Made by a program: the position numbers and the translations under genes. Positions 25,147 through 39,060 of a stretch of 64,000 nucleotides of DNA are shown in pieces (within the stretch, counting starts at the first letter, position 1; every line of letters begins with the position of its first letter). The stretch comes from Octopus vulgaris (lineage: Eukaryota): contig OX597821.1 in the NCBI GenBank assembly GCA_951406725.2, positions 92,752,001 through 92,816,000 of the forward strand, read 5' to 3'. The notes below the pieces were generated by a model that was given only the letters and a program-made list of their open reading frames with translations, did not search any database and was not told the DNA's origin.

Positions 25147-25467
25147 ATTACAGATATGATTTGCAATATAGAAGGATTTTTAAGGAGAATCATTAATTTA
25201 TGTGTTCGTTCCTTCAGTCAAAAATTGTGTAAGTGTTCTTGTTGTATCGAATGTTCAGGTAAACAATGAACCACATGAAGAAACGAACTCATAAATTAAT
25301 AGTTTCCATTAGAATACACGGGTAATGCAAATCATATTTGTAATGTCCTATGGGGAGCAACAAAAAAAAACGTTTGCAGAAACTTATGCTGCAATGCATT
25401 AAAAGATTCATGAATTTACATCCAAAAGTTCTCGTCATAATATATATATATATGTGTGTGTGTACAT

Positions 25468-25540
<73 letters not shown>

Positions 25541-25601
25541 CACACACACGCACACACACACATATTAACGCTTGTTTTTATGTTCAGTTATAACTATTTG
25601 C

Positions 25602-25664
<63 letters not shown>

Positions 25665-25698
25665 AATATATACATATATATATATACACATATATATA

Positions 25699-26095
25699 CT
25701 AGCAGTATCGCCCGGCGTTGCTCGGGTTTGTAAGGGAAATAACTATATAAGCATTTTTAGAGATGTAAAGTATAATAGCCATCTCAATATGGCTAACCAG
25801 AAAGGTGGGGTGTTACTGTAGCTTTTTACACTCTAAGATTTAATAATAAATTTTTAGAGAGTTACTTCCCTTATATATGCCAAAAATGTATTAAAAAATG
25901 GGAAAAAATGGGTAAGTAAATTTTTTTAAATCGTAGACTCATCGTAGACGCGCGCTAATACCCAGAAGGGCTCGATATGAATCACGACTATAAGATACCT
26001 GCTTTTGGTTAAACTGCACCGCAAAATGTGGGAGTAGTTAGGAATCTAAATCGTAGGAGACAGACACCACACAACCTCACTTTTATATATATAGA
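25699..26095 (-). mobile_element. Non-autonomous Helitron (same family as 3199-3580)
   Basis: 5' TC, 3' hairpin CCCGAGCAACGCCGGG plus CTAG, A|T target. Confidence 0.88.
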
Positions 26096-26527
26096 TATAT
26101 ATATATATAGCGTGGCTATTGCGCAAAAGCCCAAAACGTTGCCTTTTCAGAAAACGAAAAGTAGTCTGACCATTCCATTTCTTTTTACATTAGCAACAGT
26201 TTCAGCTTAATAATAGTACTTTGTTGGGTGCTTAAAATCGTAAATCCATGCATGTATGATATTTTCATTTAGAAATATTTTGAGACTTACTACACTTTTG
26301 AAAATTACTGAGGCGTTGTACTACACTTTCACAATTTTCGTCTGAAGCAGCTGGAGATATGATAGTTTGATCAAAAGAACTGGCTATTGCAAGCAAAAAT
26401 AAATATTGAAAAAAAAAAACGCATTTGAGCAAATTTGAACATACGACAGTTTAATATAAGAGCAATGATATGTGTGTGTATGTGTGTGGGAAAAAGAGAG
26501 AGAGAGAGAGTGTATGTGTGTGTGTGG

Positions 26528-26586
<59 letters not shown>

Positions 26587-26624
26587 TGGATTTCAAAGAA
26601 CACAAGGACATGGAGCTCTAAATA

Positions 26625-28064
26625 CCGTGTTTTTCCTCAGAAATATGACAGGGCTTATACTAATTAATTTTTTCCTCAGAAATATGACAGGGCTTATACT
26701 AATTAATTTTATCTCTGAAATGATACATTAGAGCATATTTTCAAGGAAGTTCCAATTTTTTCATGTACCGAAATACAAGATTACAAAATAGAAAATTACG
26801 AAATTACTAAATAAGCAGAAATTACGAAAAACGATCTAAATTTATTAGACGATTTATTACGACAGAACTTTATTAAACAGAAATTATGTAAAATGATCTG
26901 CATTTACTTGACGATTTACATGTTCTTTTACCCAGAAACTAATTAACAACAATTTATTCAGAAGCAGTCATGTCATTGTCCACTGGAATGTCATTGTTCT
27001 GCAAATCACCGGATTCCTAAATTCCTGCAGAGTTTTCGTGTGGATCCATTTCCTGCAGAACTTTCGTCCCCAATCTCTCATGTCGAGCAATAGAGGTCTC
27101 ATTGAAGGGGAATTTCTTGTCCACTTAACCTGCTCGTAGTGCACTGACAACACAGCTGTTTTTGATTTTGTTCCGCGAATTCGTCACCCAAGTCACGATT
27201 TCTTGCAGGCTGGGTTTCACAAAATTCCCACCCTGATTTCTCACCATTCTGCTTTCAATGTAGTCATTGATTTCTATACGTAAATTGCCCTTGAATCGTT
27301 TATTTATTGCAATGTTAATAGTCTTCAGTCATTCCTGTGGGTGTCATGATTTGATCTATTCTTCCTTCTGCAAGGAAGTTTTTCATGTCTTTTGCGCTGA
27401 ATCCCAGAATATCAGACCTCTATGGCCTCCTCGCAAAATAAGTGACAGCATGAAATCGACCCACTGCCTTAAAACTGCCTGTGTACAGCATGCCTTTTCA
27501 GTTTCCAGGACACAGATGCCTGAAACGTGTTCAGTTTTATTTTTCCTGCCTTTAGTGATGATTAGAGGTGAGACTTTACTTCCATCGAGACGAATTGCCA
27601 AAATACATGTAACTCGTGCACTTCCGTAACCGGTAGAGGAAATGTAGATTGATGACGCACCCCGTTGATCAATTTCATCATGCTGTTTTCTGGGAGATTT
27701 TTGCCTGAAAAGAAAATAGGTACTTATGGTTTTTGCATCTACTGATCGGTCCTGACCTCTGATGAAAATGTTACACAACACATTTGAAAGCTCCGAACAT
27801 GGGCTGTCGATTGATATATAGCTTGTTAATATTTGAGTTACGAAAGAGGTATCAACATAGATTTTGTGACGTCGTTATTTTTAGCCGCCAAAAAGATATT
27901 TTGAACAGTGTATAAACCGCAACAAAGTGGTTTGAATCAATGTGAAGAGGCTGCTTATTTCTCTCGTCTGTTTTTCGCTCTCAACTAGGGCTTGTTTTAA
28001 GGGAAGGGCTTATATTAAAATTATCCTGAAAATCATGCTAGGTCTTATTTTCGGGAAAACATGG
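26625..28064 (-). mobile_element. pogo/Tigger-like DNA transposon, internally deleted
   Basis: TIR-like TA|CCGTGTTTTTCCTCAGAAATATGAC .. GTCTTATTTTCGGGAAAACATGG; DDE remnant STGYGSARVTCILAIRLDGSKVSPLIITKG..LIFWDSA; ~40-bp tandem duplication at the left end. Confidence 0.8.
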
Positions 28065-28148
28065 TGATAGCATGTAAATAATAGGTTAAAATCCCTATAG
28101 AAAAGTCAAAGGCTTCTTATGTATGAATTATGTATGTATTCATATGTG

Positions 28149-28230
<82 letters not shown>

Positions 28231-28717
28231 GCAGTGTACATATATATATATATGTATATATACATACATAACAAAAATACGTATAGAGAAAATCACATCT
28301 TCAATTGTAGAATTCACCTTTCAAAGCCGACAATTGCTCCAATTGTATTAACATATTTTGAAACAGAAAATATCATTGAAATTAATTTTTCCGAAAATAT
28401 GTGTTAACACAACGTTTTCAAGGTGATACAAAATTAATGGAATTCAAAGTGAACTAAGGAAATATTTCCACTACACGAACGCATACAAAAAGAAATTTAA
28501 AAAGAAATATAAGCGAAGATAAGTTATTTTTGTATTCAACTTATTGGTGAGGTCAGTGGATAACGAAAGAATAGACAATAAAAATACGGATTTTATGTTA
28601 CGATAATTAAAAAATTAGAGATTTTACGCCACGACAATTAGTTATTTATTTATCAAATACAGTAGACGTTTTAAGAAAAATTATGCTAATTATACAACAT
28701 ATGAAAAATAATTATAA

Positions 28718-29590
28718 TTAAGAACTGAAATATTTAAACTTCTTCCGTAGTTTGTGGCAACATTTCTTTGTAAAATTCCTATTAAAATTTAATAAAATTA
28801 ATTGAGAAGTAATTATATAATACATTTCTTCAAGGCAAAGAACACATATAGAATTGCTAATATTGTACGACGGCGCGTAAATAGACCACCTTAAATCGTA
28901 CTTGATGTTCCCACCTTTTAAATCCCAAATGTATTTATTACGATGGGTAGAACTAACTTCCATTCTATACTTAAATAGATAGGAATGATCATGAAATCTA
29001 GATTTACAAATTGTAATAATTTACGATCCATTGTTATTACCTTACGGTGATAGGCAATATCTTTACTTAAACACTGATTGCCTACAGAGCAGGAAATTTT
29101 GATTTTACAATCACACAGGTATTTATTCACTTGTATTTGGTACCCATTGTTGAAAGAATTCCTACTAGTTCTCATTTCAGAATTAGGCATTAATACAGGA
29201 TTATTATGGATATAATTATTATTAAAACTAACCGTTAACTCAACAGTATTATTAGATTCGGAATTACTTTTACATAAAGAATCGAAATCTAGTTCAGGAA
29301 AATTATCATTTGAATTAATTTCATAGTACATATTATCGATTTTACTCATGTTTATAGATTTTGATCTGAGATATTCCCTAATTCTCTGTTTATCGTGTGT
29401 TATTATAATCTCAGCTAAATTTCTAGTAGTTGAATAGGAAAACTTTATACTATGGTGATTAAATAATAATTTTCCATATTTACTTGAAGGTGGGAAATAC
29501 TTGTCTTGTCTAGCAAGGAAATTTCGAGGAATATTGGTAGCTACTGAATATGTGAATGGAGCATTATACCAAATAATATTCTTTGATTTA
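28718..29590 (-). pseudogene. Penelope-like element C-terminal (thumb/endonuclease) remnant
   Basis: IIWYNAPFTYSVATNI..KFSYST, CDCKIKISCSVGNQCLSKDIAY, KYIWDLK..CVLCLEEM..LLN..CCHK; matches the WFNPP / CNC..CL / C.LCL.EK / CRH pattern of invertebrate PLEs. Confidence 0.8.
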
Positions 29591-30029
29591 TTCTATTATA
29601 TATACACACACACGCGGTTTGGCAAGCGCACCAAATAGGTTCGAAGTGTATTTCGAGCAATAAGTACGTGGCTAGATGTCATCGGGACATCTATGCCATA
29701 TACTGGTTTATTGAAATTCAGTTCGTAAATTCAGCCTGCTGGAGCTTATTGGAAAGAATTTAAAGGAAAAACTTAACCATTTTACTACAGTTGTCAATTG
29801 TGGGACACGACTATCACTACTACAACATAAACCTCGTGATTGCGTAACGCATGAAAGTACTAGTTTTATCAATGAATATATAATATTCTACTATCATAAT
29901 TTTGTGAAATTGCAAACATTATAAATAATAAAGCGTGAAAATCAGACTATGTTGGAATTTCATTGATTAATATATTCTTCAAAACACAATCATGCGAACT
30001 ATGTATGTATGTATTTATGTATGTATGTA

Positions 30030-30084
<55 letters not shown>

Positions 30085-30401
30085 TAGTGGTACACTTTTC
30101 CCATAAGTTATGGGGGACGCAGATCTATATATATATATATGTATGTGTATGTATGAATATATATGTGTGTGTGTGTATAAATGTGTATGTATATATGTGT
30201 GCGTGTATTTGTCTGTCATCATGTAGTGAGAAACAAATACAAAGACGCATTATAATTCCCGTCCTTATTTTAAGCACCAGGCTTTAAGACAGAACAAGGG
30301 TTAACTTGATAGACTAAACCCTGGATCATTGGTTCTCAACCGAGGTCCATATAACCTCTGGGAATCCTTAGAAGAATTTTGGGCGTCTACGCTGCAGCAT
30401 A

Positions 30402-30542
30402 TAAGGTTGTCCCAAAAGTTCGTAGAAAGTCTTGGAAAATAATGGTCTTTATTTTGAGGAATAATTTTTGTTGTTTTTGTTAGTACTTGGCGAGTAAAAA
30501 TTCAATTTTCGCAAGTGTTTACGAACTTTTGGGACAACCTAA
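30402..30542. mobile_element. Mariner-type MITE (141 bp)
   Basis: TIR TAAGGTTGTCCCAAAAGTTCGTA / TACGAACTTTTGGGACAACCTAA; TA on both sides. Confidence 0.9.
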
Positions 30543-30748
30543 TAATAAATTGGAGGTCCACAATAGCATTTTAAAAGTCTACTTTGATTCGAATGTTGTA
30601 CTGCAAGAAACAGACGGGTTTCTTCTCAAGCAGTTTTACAGAGTCCAACTTATGCGCGTCAGTGTGTGAATATCATAATAGATATTTTGAAAGAAGTATG
30701 TATAATGCTAGTTTTTAAACATAGAATGGCTTTGTGGGTGGGGCTACT

Positions 30749-31166
30749 TTCTTTTACTCTTTTACTCTTTTACATGTTTCAGTCATTTAACTGTGGCCAT
30801 GCTGGAGCAGCGCCTTTAGGCGAGCAAATCGACCTCAGGACTTTATTCTCTGTAACCCTAGTACTTATTCTATCGGCCTCTTTTGCAGAACCGCTAATTG
30901 ACGGGGACATAAACACACCAGCATCGATTGTCAAGCAATGCTAGGGGGACAAACACAGACACACAAACATACACGCAAACATATATATATATATACATAT
31001 ATACAACGGGCTTCTTTCAGTTTCCGTCTACCAAATCCACTCACAAGGCTTTGGTCGGCCCGAAGTCATAGTAGAAGACACTTGCCCAAAGTGCCACACA
31101 GTGGGACTGAACCCGGAACCATGTGGTTGGTAAGCAAGCTACTTACAACACAGCCACTCCTGTGCC
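30749..31166 (-). mobile_element. SINE family B flanked by 48-bp direct repeats
   Basis: Full copy; repeats at 30701-30748 and 31167-31214. Confidence 0.92.
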
Positions 31167-31214
31167 TATAAAGCTAGTTTTTAAACATAGAATGGCTTTG
31201 AGGGTGGGGCTACT

Positions 31215-31602
31215 CTCTTTTACTATTTTACTCTTTTATATGTTCCAGTCATTTAACTGTGGCCATGCTGGAGCACCGCCTTTAGGCGAGCAAATCGAAC
31301 CAAGGACTTATTCTCTGTAAGCCTAGTACTTATTCTATCGGGCTCTTTTGCGGAACCGTTAAGCTACGGGGACGTAAACACATCAGCATCGGTTGTCATG
31401 CGATGTTGGAGGGACTAACATAGACACACATATATATATATATATATATATACGACAGGCTTCTTTCAGTTTCCGTCTACCAAATCCACTCACAAGGCTT
31501 TGGTCGGCCCGAGGCTATAGTAGAAGACACTTGTTCAAGGTGCCACGCAGTAGGACTGAACCCGGAACCATGTGGTTGGTAAGCAAGCTACTTACCACAC
31601 AG
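31215..31602 (-). mobile_element. SINE family B
   Basis: Second tandem copy. Confidence 0.9.
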
Positions 31603-32394
31603 CCCAAAGGGGTCCAAATATAAAATGTGGTTGAGAACCACTGCCCCACAAGATGGTGCCCCAGTATGGCTATAGTCCAGTGACTGAAACGAATATAAAG
31701 AATGGTGTGTGTGAGAGAGAGAGGGGGGGAGAGGGAAAGAGAGAGGAAGAAGGGTGCATGTGTGGGTGCGTGAGCGTTTTTTATGAACATATATATACAC
31801 ATATATATATATATGGCCAATGATTGTAATAGGATTAGTAACAATGGTGATGGTAGTGGTGGTTGTGATGGCGGTAAAATTGGAGTTAATAGTGGCCATG
31901 TTGAGCTGACAATAACGATGATACGGAGCTGGTATCAGTATGTGATTGATGGTAGTAGTGTGGGGATGTGACCTATAGTTTGTCTAAATAGAGACAACTA
32001 CTTTTACTTCTCATCTTTTCTCATCAATGAACGGTTGTGTTCAGGGAAATGTCCGATTCATCTTCATCAGTGTTTAAAGATTATGGTAAATTATCACCAA
32101 AATTGAATACAATCCTGTTCCTTTCAGCTTCACTCATCAGATTATTTGTTTCTCTATCCTTCTCACTCTTTCTATATTTATCTGAAGTACACACACAAAT
32201 ACATACATGCATACACATACATACATATATACATAATATACATAAACACATCAACATTCACACACATAGATACATACATATTTAAATATGTAAATATATA
32301 TATATATATATGTTTATGCATCAAAACTTATATGTATATATAAATATTCATATACATGTATATATAAATACACGCACATATTTATATGCATATG

Positions 32395-32445
<51 letters not shown>

Positions 32446-32560
32446 ATGTGTATGTATGTATGTATATGTGTATATATTTACATATATAATATATATGTAT
32501 ATGTATACAGGTATATATATGTAAATATATGCATTTATACATACATACAGAAATAAATAT

Positions 32561-32599
<39 letters not shown>

Positions 32600-32657
32600 A
32601 ATATATTATATATGTACACGCACATATATAAATATATACTTTTATATACATAGATAT

Positions 32658-32689
<32 letters not shown>

Positions 32690-32932
32690 CACATATATTT
32701 AAATATGTAAACATAGATATACGTAAACATAGATATATTATATATATATAAATTTATACATATATTCATATATATGTATGTATGTATGCATGTATGTATG
32801 TATGTATGTATGTATGTATGTATACACACTCATATATAACTTAATTTCTCTTTCTATTCACTTCCTTGTTGCTCCATTAGTCTCTGTGTTAGATTAAATG
32901 TGTACCACTCTGTGTGTGTGTGTTTGTGTGTG

Positions 32933-32965
<33 letters not shown>

Positions 32966-33052
32966 TGATTTTTGCCTTCATACATACCTACATATCTATT
33001 TACTTACCTATCTGTCTGTTTATCCGCATAACTATCAATTTATCTTTGTTAA

Positions 33053-33111
<59 letters not shown>

Positions 33112-33789
33112 CTTATTATATTTTTCCTATTGTTTTTTGGTAAGTTTTTTTTTTACAACTTACTATACACCATAGTTTTCTTTTCTGTCTTTACTTATTA
33201 TCATTTTATCCAATTAATCACCTTTTCTTTCAACATCTAAAAATGTTTCCTTTCAAGAAGATTACTTCTGTAATTAAAGAGGATTTTATTTTATTTTTTA
33301 TTTGATATGTTTTTCGTTTGTTTTGCTTTTTTTGTGAGGGAGGTATTCTAACTCCATCCACCTCCACTTCATTCCTCACTCTCGGTCACTTGACATATTG
33401 ATAAATTATCGTTTTAGTCTAAATACCGGTTTTTGTATTGCTGCCATAGTTAGCTGGACACTCTCTTTTTCCCCACCAATGAACGCCACTCTTTAACTGA
33501 TGTATAACACTGAAGTGCTTCAAAGCAGTTCTTTATTTTGTAAACTAAATAGTTGCAAATACGTTGTCTGTGGATAGGGCAGTTTAGGCACCACATGATG
33601 TATGCAAGTAGCAAATCGACAGAGTTAGGAGACTCATGCTGTGGTATTTGGTCTGACTCTCCGCACACGGAGTTTGCTTCATGTTGTTGTTAGTTTTGCA
33701 TTTCATCTTTTGGGAGTTGATAACGAGGATCACAAGGTACCAATCCAGAGCGGTGGATGACAAGTGACTAAGACTTCTGGTGAATTTCA

Positions 33790-34079
33790 GTGCTTGAGAA
33801 GATACATCAAGCTAAGTGAAATTGTGATCGTGGCCAGTGCCAGTGAAACATAAAAGGTACCTGTGCCAATGACGTGTAAAAGACACACCTGCTGGTGATA
33901 CGGTAAAGGCACCCGTACTGGTGAAATATAAAAGACAGCCAGTACAATCTGTAGAGTGGTTGACATTAGGAAGGGCATCAGGCCAAAACAGACTGGAGTC
34001 TGGTGCGGCTCTGTGGCTTACCATCTCCTGTCAAACCGTCTAACTCATGCCAGTATGGAAAACGGACATTAAACGGTGG

Positions 34080-34110
<31 letters not shown>
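33790..34110 (+). mobile_element. Repeat family E (RTE-3'UTR-like) with (GAT)n tail
   Basis: GAGTGGTTGACATTAGGAAGGGCATC..CATGCCAGTATGGAAAACGGACATTAAAC(GAT)n; similar ends at about 19190-19370 and 19900-20030. Confidence 0.7.
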
Positions 34111-34111
<1 letters not shown>

Positions 34112-35484
34112 TATCAACCTTACACTAGATACCTTGTGACATTTGCTCCAATTCTGCCTCCTGAGTTCAAGTACTACTATAGTCTTGTTGGGTGGTAGAC
34201 TTAATCCACAGTCCAGTTTTGCCTCTAACATGTAGCTCTAATGACTTTAGCGGAATCCAGTCTTGCAATCTATTGGACCTGTTCTCTGGTGTGGGATATC
34301 TTCATAACTCACTTACGCCATAAGTTTTGGAGGCATTGTTAAAGGAAATATGTGCATCTTCACATTTGACTGACAGATGGATAAAGAAAGAGAGATGATA
34401 ACAATAGTTGAGTAGAGATGTTAAATGAGTTGAGCAGAGATGATAGGTATCAAACTTAAAATTGTGGCCACATATTGTCAGCTGAAATTGATTATTGCAA
34501 AGGGATTTGTAAAGTTGTGGAAATAAATGATGAAGTAGGAAATAAATGATGAAGTAGGAATAAATGATGGAGCAGTATAGCAGATGATATCAACCTGAGG
34601 ACTTGACTTCATATCTCTTTTCATATTGTTGTTATAGTCAGCTTAGTACCCACTGAATCACAGGTACTCAGCCCTGATGAATAAAATATTTGGTTTAGAT
34701 TATTATATATTTATATTAGAAACTACCATTATTATAGGTTAATTATTCATTAAATCATACATCTGACATTACTGAGCCAATGCGGGAGCTTCTGTGTAGT
34801 TATTTGACTTGCAATAAACAGCAACCAAATCCTCTTAAATCAAACCCTACTGTCGTAATAGCAGGAAAAGCATATTGGATTATGAAATGTTACAGTCACC
34901 ATCTCTGAAGAATACGAAAAGAATATGAGGTAATCAACGATGTGGCTTCAACAAAGATACTATTCCTGTTAGAAAGCGCAACGAAATCTTCAAATCACAT
35001 TACTGAGTTAAAACCAAAGGGATTATTGCATAATATAATTTCTTATTCGCTGTTCAATGCCAAATAAAGATATTAAAAAGGAAGTGAAGAAAAGAAAGCA
35101 TATAATCACAACTGTAAGTCTTAGACAATAGATGTCAAGTAATATATGTATGCGACCATATTTAGTCTTGCTATAAATATTGATCTAGTCTAAATCAAAG
35201 AACAGCAGTGTATGATTACTATTTCAAATATACCTTAGATTTTACTTTAGATCAATATAATCAAGTTTAGAGCAGACATGATGATGAACTTAAGAAGTTT
35301 CTGCAAAATTAAATAGATTTGAGTTCAGTCATATAATGGGGAAACTTTTGTATCCTTACCAAATTTGGGGGGGTGGGGGCTTTTGTATAGTTTCCCTGCA
35401 ATACTGAAACATTCAGTTTTGCCTGAGCTGGATTATGGTCTACAGTATCCAGATGTATTAGAGTTGTAACTTCTGCAGACAAAC

Positions 35485-35796
35485 TGGCACTTCGTCGGTT
35501 ACGATGACGAGGGTCCCAGTTGATCTGATCAACAGAACAGCCTGCTCATGAAATCAATGCGCATGTGTCTGAGAACTCCACAAACACGTGTCCCCTTAAT
35601 GTAATTCTGAGCGAGAGTCACCATGACACAGAGTGTGACAACATTGGCCGTTTGAAATACAGGTACAACTCATTTTTGCCTGCTGATTGGACTGGACCAA
35701 CGTGAAATAAAGTATCTTGCTCAAGAGAATTCAACTCCTGATCTTACGATTGTGACCCGAATACACTACCCTAACCACTAAGCCACGCGCGTTCAC
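35485..35796 (-). mobile_element. Chimeric SINE: family C head/central domain plus family D tail
   Basis: Minus strand TTGAGCAAGATACTTTATTTCACGTTGGTCCAGTCC..AAAATGAGTT (C-type) joined to GTACCTGTATTTCAAA..CCCTCGTCATCGTAACCGACGAAGTGCC (D-type). Confidence 0.8.
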
Positions 35797-36310
35797 AACG
35801 TCTGCATGTAGGACCATTAAAACAAGATTGAGAACGATGTCCTCCTGTTAGTTATTTACAAATTGCTGTAAACTAAGGCAGTCAGTGTGTTGTTGTCTAT
35901 GAATACCATCAATGTCTGTCATAGGGTTATCAAAGTAGTTGTAACAGCGCATATTGAAGTCTCCTACAAACATAAAATACCGTGCAGTGAAGTCATTGTG
36001 AGCATGCTTGAGCAGAGATAATCCTGAAGATCATTTTTACTACGAGATAATCTGCAGATGAATCTGATAGGAAAGATGGTGATGATGATGAGGAGGAGGA
36101 GGAGGGGGAGGGGAAGGAGGGGGAGGGTGGTGATGATGACAATGGTAATGATGCCGAGCATTCCCATTAATAATCGTTTGTGAGAGTCAAGTTATTTGAT
36201 CAATTAGTTTAACTGTTTATGGTATTAACATGTAAGTGGCTGAGTATCCACACGTAAAATAAACATGATCATTGTCACGAGGTTAGATTTTTGAATTATC
36301 ATATAATATA

Positions 36311-36614
36311 CTAGCAGTATCGCCCGGCGGTGCTCGGGTTTGTAAGGGAAATAACTATATAAGCATTTTTAGAGAGTTACTTCCCTTATATAATAGCAAA
36401 ACAAATGCATTAAAAATGGAAAAAAATGTTGGTAAATTTTTTTTTAAATCGTAGACTCATCGTAGACACGCACTAATACCCAGAAGGGCTCGATATGAAT
36501 CACGACTATAAGATACCCGCTTTTGGTTAAACTGCACTGCAAAATGTGGGAGTAGTTAGGAATCTAAATCGTAGGAGACAGACACTCACACAACTTCACT
36601 TTTATATATAAAGA
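36311..36614 (-). mobile_element. Non-autonomous Helitron, shorter variant
   Basis: Same termini as the other two copies; lacks the segment between two TTTTTAGAGA repeats. Confidence 0.88.
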
Positions 36615-36638
36615 TTATATTGTATTATATTATATTAT

Positions 36639-36850
36639 AAGGTGGCGAGCTGGCAGAATTACTGTGCCAGACAACATGCTTAGTGGCATTTGATTGCTCT
36701 TTACATTCTGAATTCAAATTCCACTGAGGTCGACTTTACATTTTATCCTATTGGGATCGATAAAACAAGTACCAGTTGATCACAAGGGTTGGTGTAATCT
36801 ACTTACACCCTCCATGTAATGTTGGCCTTGTGCTAAAATTTGATACCATT
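36639..36850 (+). mobile_element. SINE family A (old copy)
   Basis: AGGTGGCGAGCTGGCAGAAT..GAGGTCGACTTT. Confidence 0.8.
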
Positions 36851-37157
36851 CTATTGTGTACTTTCAGCCTAATGGATTTGCGGTGAAAAGGGAAAACGCT
36901 TCTAATTCCACCCAACTTTTGTTTCTCTTTGTTTTCTTTTCCCTTTTCCGCTTTTTCAAACCTCAACCTTTTACATCTACATCCCTCTCGACTTTTCACC
37001 TTTTTCTTGTCATCCTATTGTCCTGTTTTTGGCTTGTTATGCCATGTGGGCTCAGCCTGAGGATTGCGCTAGAGTACCAGTCTTGTTTTAATATGCTGTC
37101 TGAGCTGCTTTCATCGCATGAAACTAATAGCTCATAAAATCATATATTGTGTTTATA

Positions 37158-37190
<33 letters not shown>

Positions 37191-37505
37191 AGAGATAATG
37201 GTGTCATTGAGACCCAGAGGTGTCAGGTAATGCTGAATAAGTGCTATAGGCAGACCATAGTTAAGTTCCAGATTCGGTAATTTTGCGAATAAGGAGTTCA
37301 ATGTTGGTTCTATGTCAGCGTGTGTATATAAGAATTTTTTACGTAATGAGATAAAAAAACCAAGGCTGTGTAGATATTAGAACATTTATAGATAGAATGT
37401 CTTACAGCTGTTTCCAGGATATTTATTAATTATATCCATTAATCGGAGACGGTGTGAGAGGATGATTAAATCATAGTTAGTTTACATGTGATATAAAATA
37501 GAGAG
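37191..37505 (-). mobile_element. (TA)n-flanked element family X4 with decayed hammerhead (37399-37450)
   Basis: Homologous to 49231-49855; minus strand GTCT-CCGATTA..GAAA-CAGCTG-TA-AGAC. Confidence 0.7.
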
Positions 37506-38388
37506 ATATATATGTATGTATGTATATATGTATGTATATATAACGCATTTTAACTTTGTCTTATATAATGAGACATTTATATGTATGTATGTATGTATTT
37601 ATGTATAACGCATTTTTAACTTTGTCTTATATAATGAGACATGTATACAAGAAACTCTGTATACATACATGCGTATATAGAAAATATTTTAGTAGGGAAA
37701 CAGTCATGATCTTTCTTTCTTGACCTGACTGCCGACCGTCAACACCTCTTATGTCCATCTCCTATGTTCCAGCCTTTAGCCCTTCACTTCATACACACCA
37801 GCTCAATTTGATTCGGTCTCAGTCGAAAGACACCTGTTGTTATTTTCTTGTTTTTATTCGTAATTGTGTACCATGTTCTCCATTTATCGTCTTTTTGTTT
37901 AGCATGTTCTCCGTTTTTTTTCTTTGTTGCCGTACACATTCGCTAGCTTTCTTACAAAGAGATCTAATGGTCTTAGACTTTTTTTGAGGGGGGAGCAACC
38001 AATTCAGATGACGACTAGTGAATTGATACTTCAGAGTTACTGTCAAACATTCTACCTTACAAAATTGGTAAGTACAGTACTGTACTAAAAAGATATGAGT
38101 GCGCATCCAATTTAATGTCCAACCGCTCATATATATATATATGCCCCAGCAATGGCGGTGCCCCAGCATGACCAGAGCTCGTGAGATGAAACTAGATAAA
38201 ATAAAAAAACAAGTGTGTGTGTGTGCACGCATGTACAAGCATATATACAGCATATTTTTCTATGAATTTCTAGCTGTATCCTTTGCAGTAATTTAATTCC
38301 AGCATTTCTTGCTGAATTATTATCATTATTATTATTATCATTATCATTATTATTATCATTATTATCATTTTTATTATTATCATTATTA

Positions 38389-38440
<52 letters not shown>

Positions 38441-38828
38441 TATTATTATTATTATTATTATTGTTGTGATGCGATGGGGCTTCTATCAGAGTTGATAGAA
38501 CTTTTCATTTGTTCTTTTGCTGGCTTCTGTCATTGGAATGAAATCACACTATGTTACAACCTTCAAAGAGTTTTAGTCAATTTTATCGACCTCACTATTT
38601 TGTCTGTTAATTATTTTGTCAACCACATAAGGTGAAACAATGAATCCAACCAGACTATAAAGTGCTGTAACCAAGGGTATCCAGATACCTCTAGGTATGT
38701 TTGTGCACTTAATAATCCTTTCTTCCCACGCTGATACATATACATGTATACATATTACACACACACACACACACACAGACACATACGCACATGCAAAAAC
38801 ACACACACACTTATATATGTATATGATA

Positions 38829-39060
38829 AGGCGTCGAGCTGGCAGAAACGTTAGCACTCCAGGAGAAATGCGTAGCCGTATTTCCTCTGGCGTTACGTTC
38901 TGGGTTCAAATTTCGCCGAGGTCGACTTTGCCTTTCATCCTTTCGGGGTCGATTAAATAAGTACCAGTTACGCACTGGGGTCGATATAATCGACTTAATC
39001 CGTTTATCTGTCCTTGTTTGTCCCCTCTGTGTTTAGCCCCTTGTGGGTAGTAAAGAAATA
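38829..39060 (+). mobile_element. SINE family A (long tail)
   Basis: Near-consensus copy. Confidence 0.92.

Larger units (their letters stand above)
30327..31643. mobile_element. hAT-like MITE containing nested insertions
   Basis: TIRs CATTGGTTCTCAACC / GGTTGAGAACCACTG; splits an older SINE B tail; TSD not clearly preserved. Confidence 0.7.

Noticed and set aside
29640-29695. Minus-strand CCGATGA..GAAA near the PLE remnant
   Set aside because: Stem II does not close, and CCGATGA is sequestered in another hairpin (TAGATGTC/GACATCTA).
34519-34572. Short tandem duplications (19-mers here, at 21653 and 49251; ~72-mer at 37510) as a CRISPR-like array
   Set aside because: Two or three copies without spacers in a eukaryotic context; ordinary slippage duplications.
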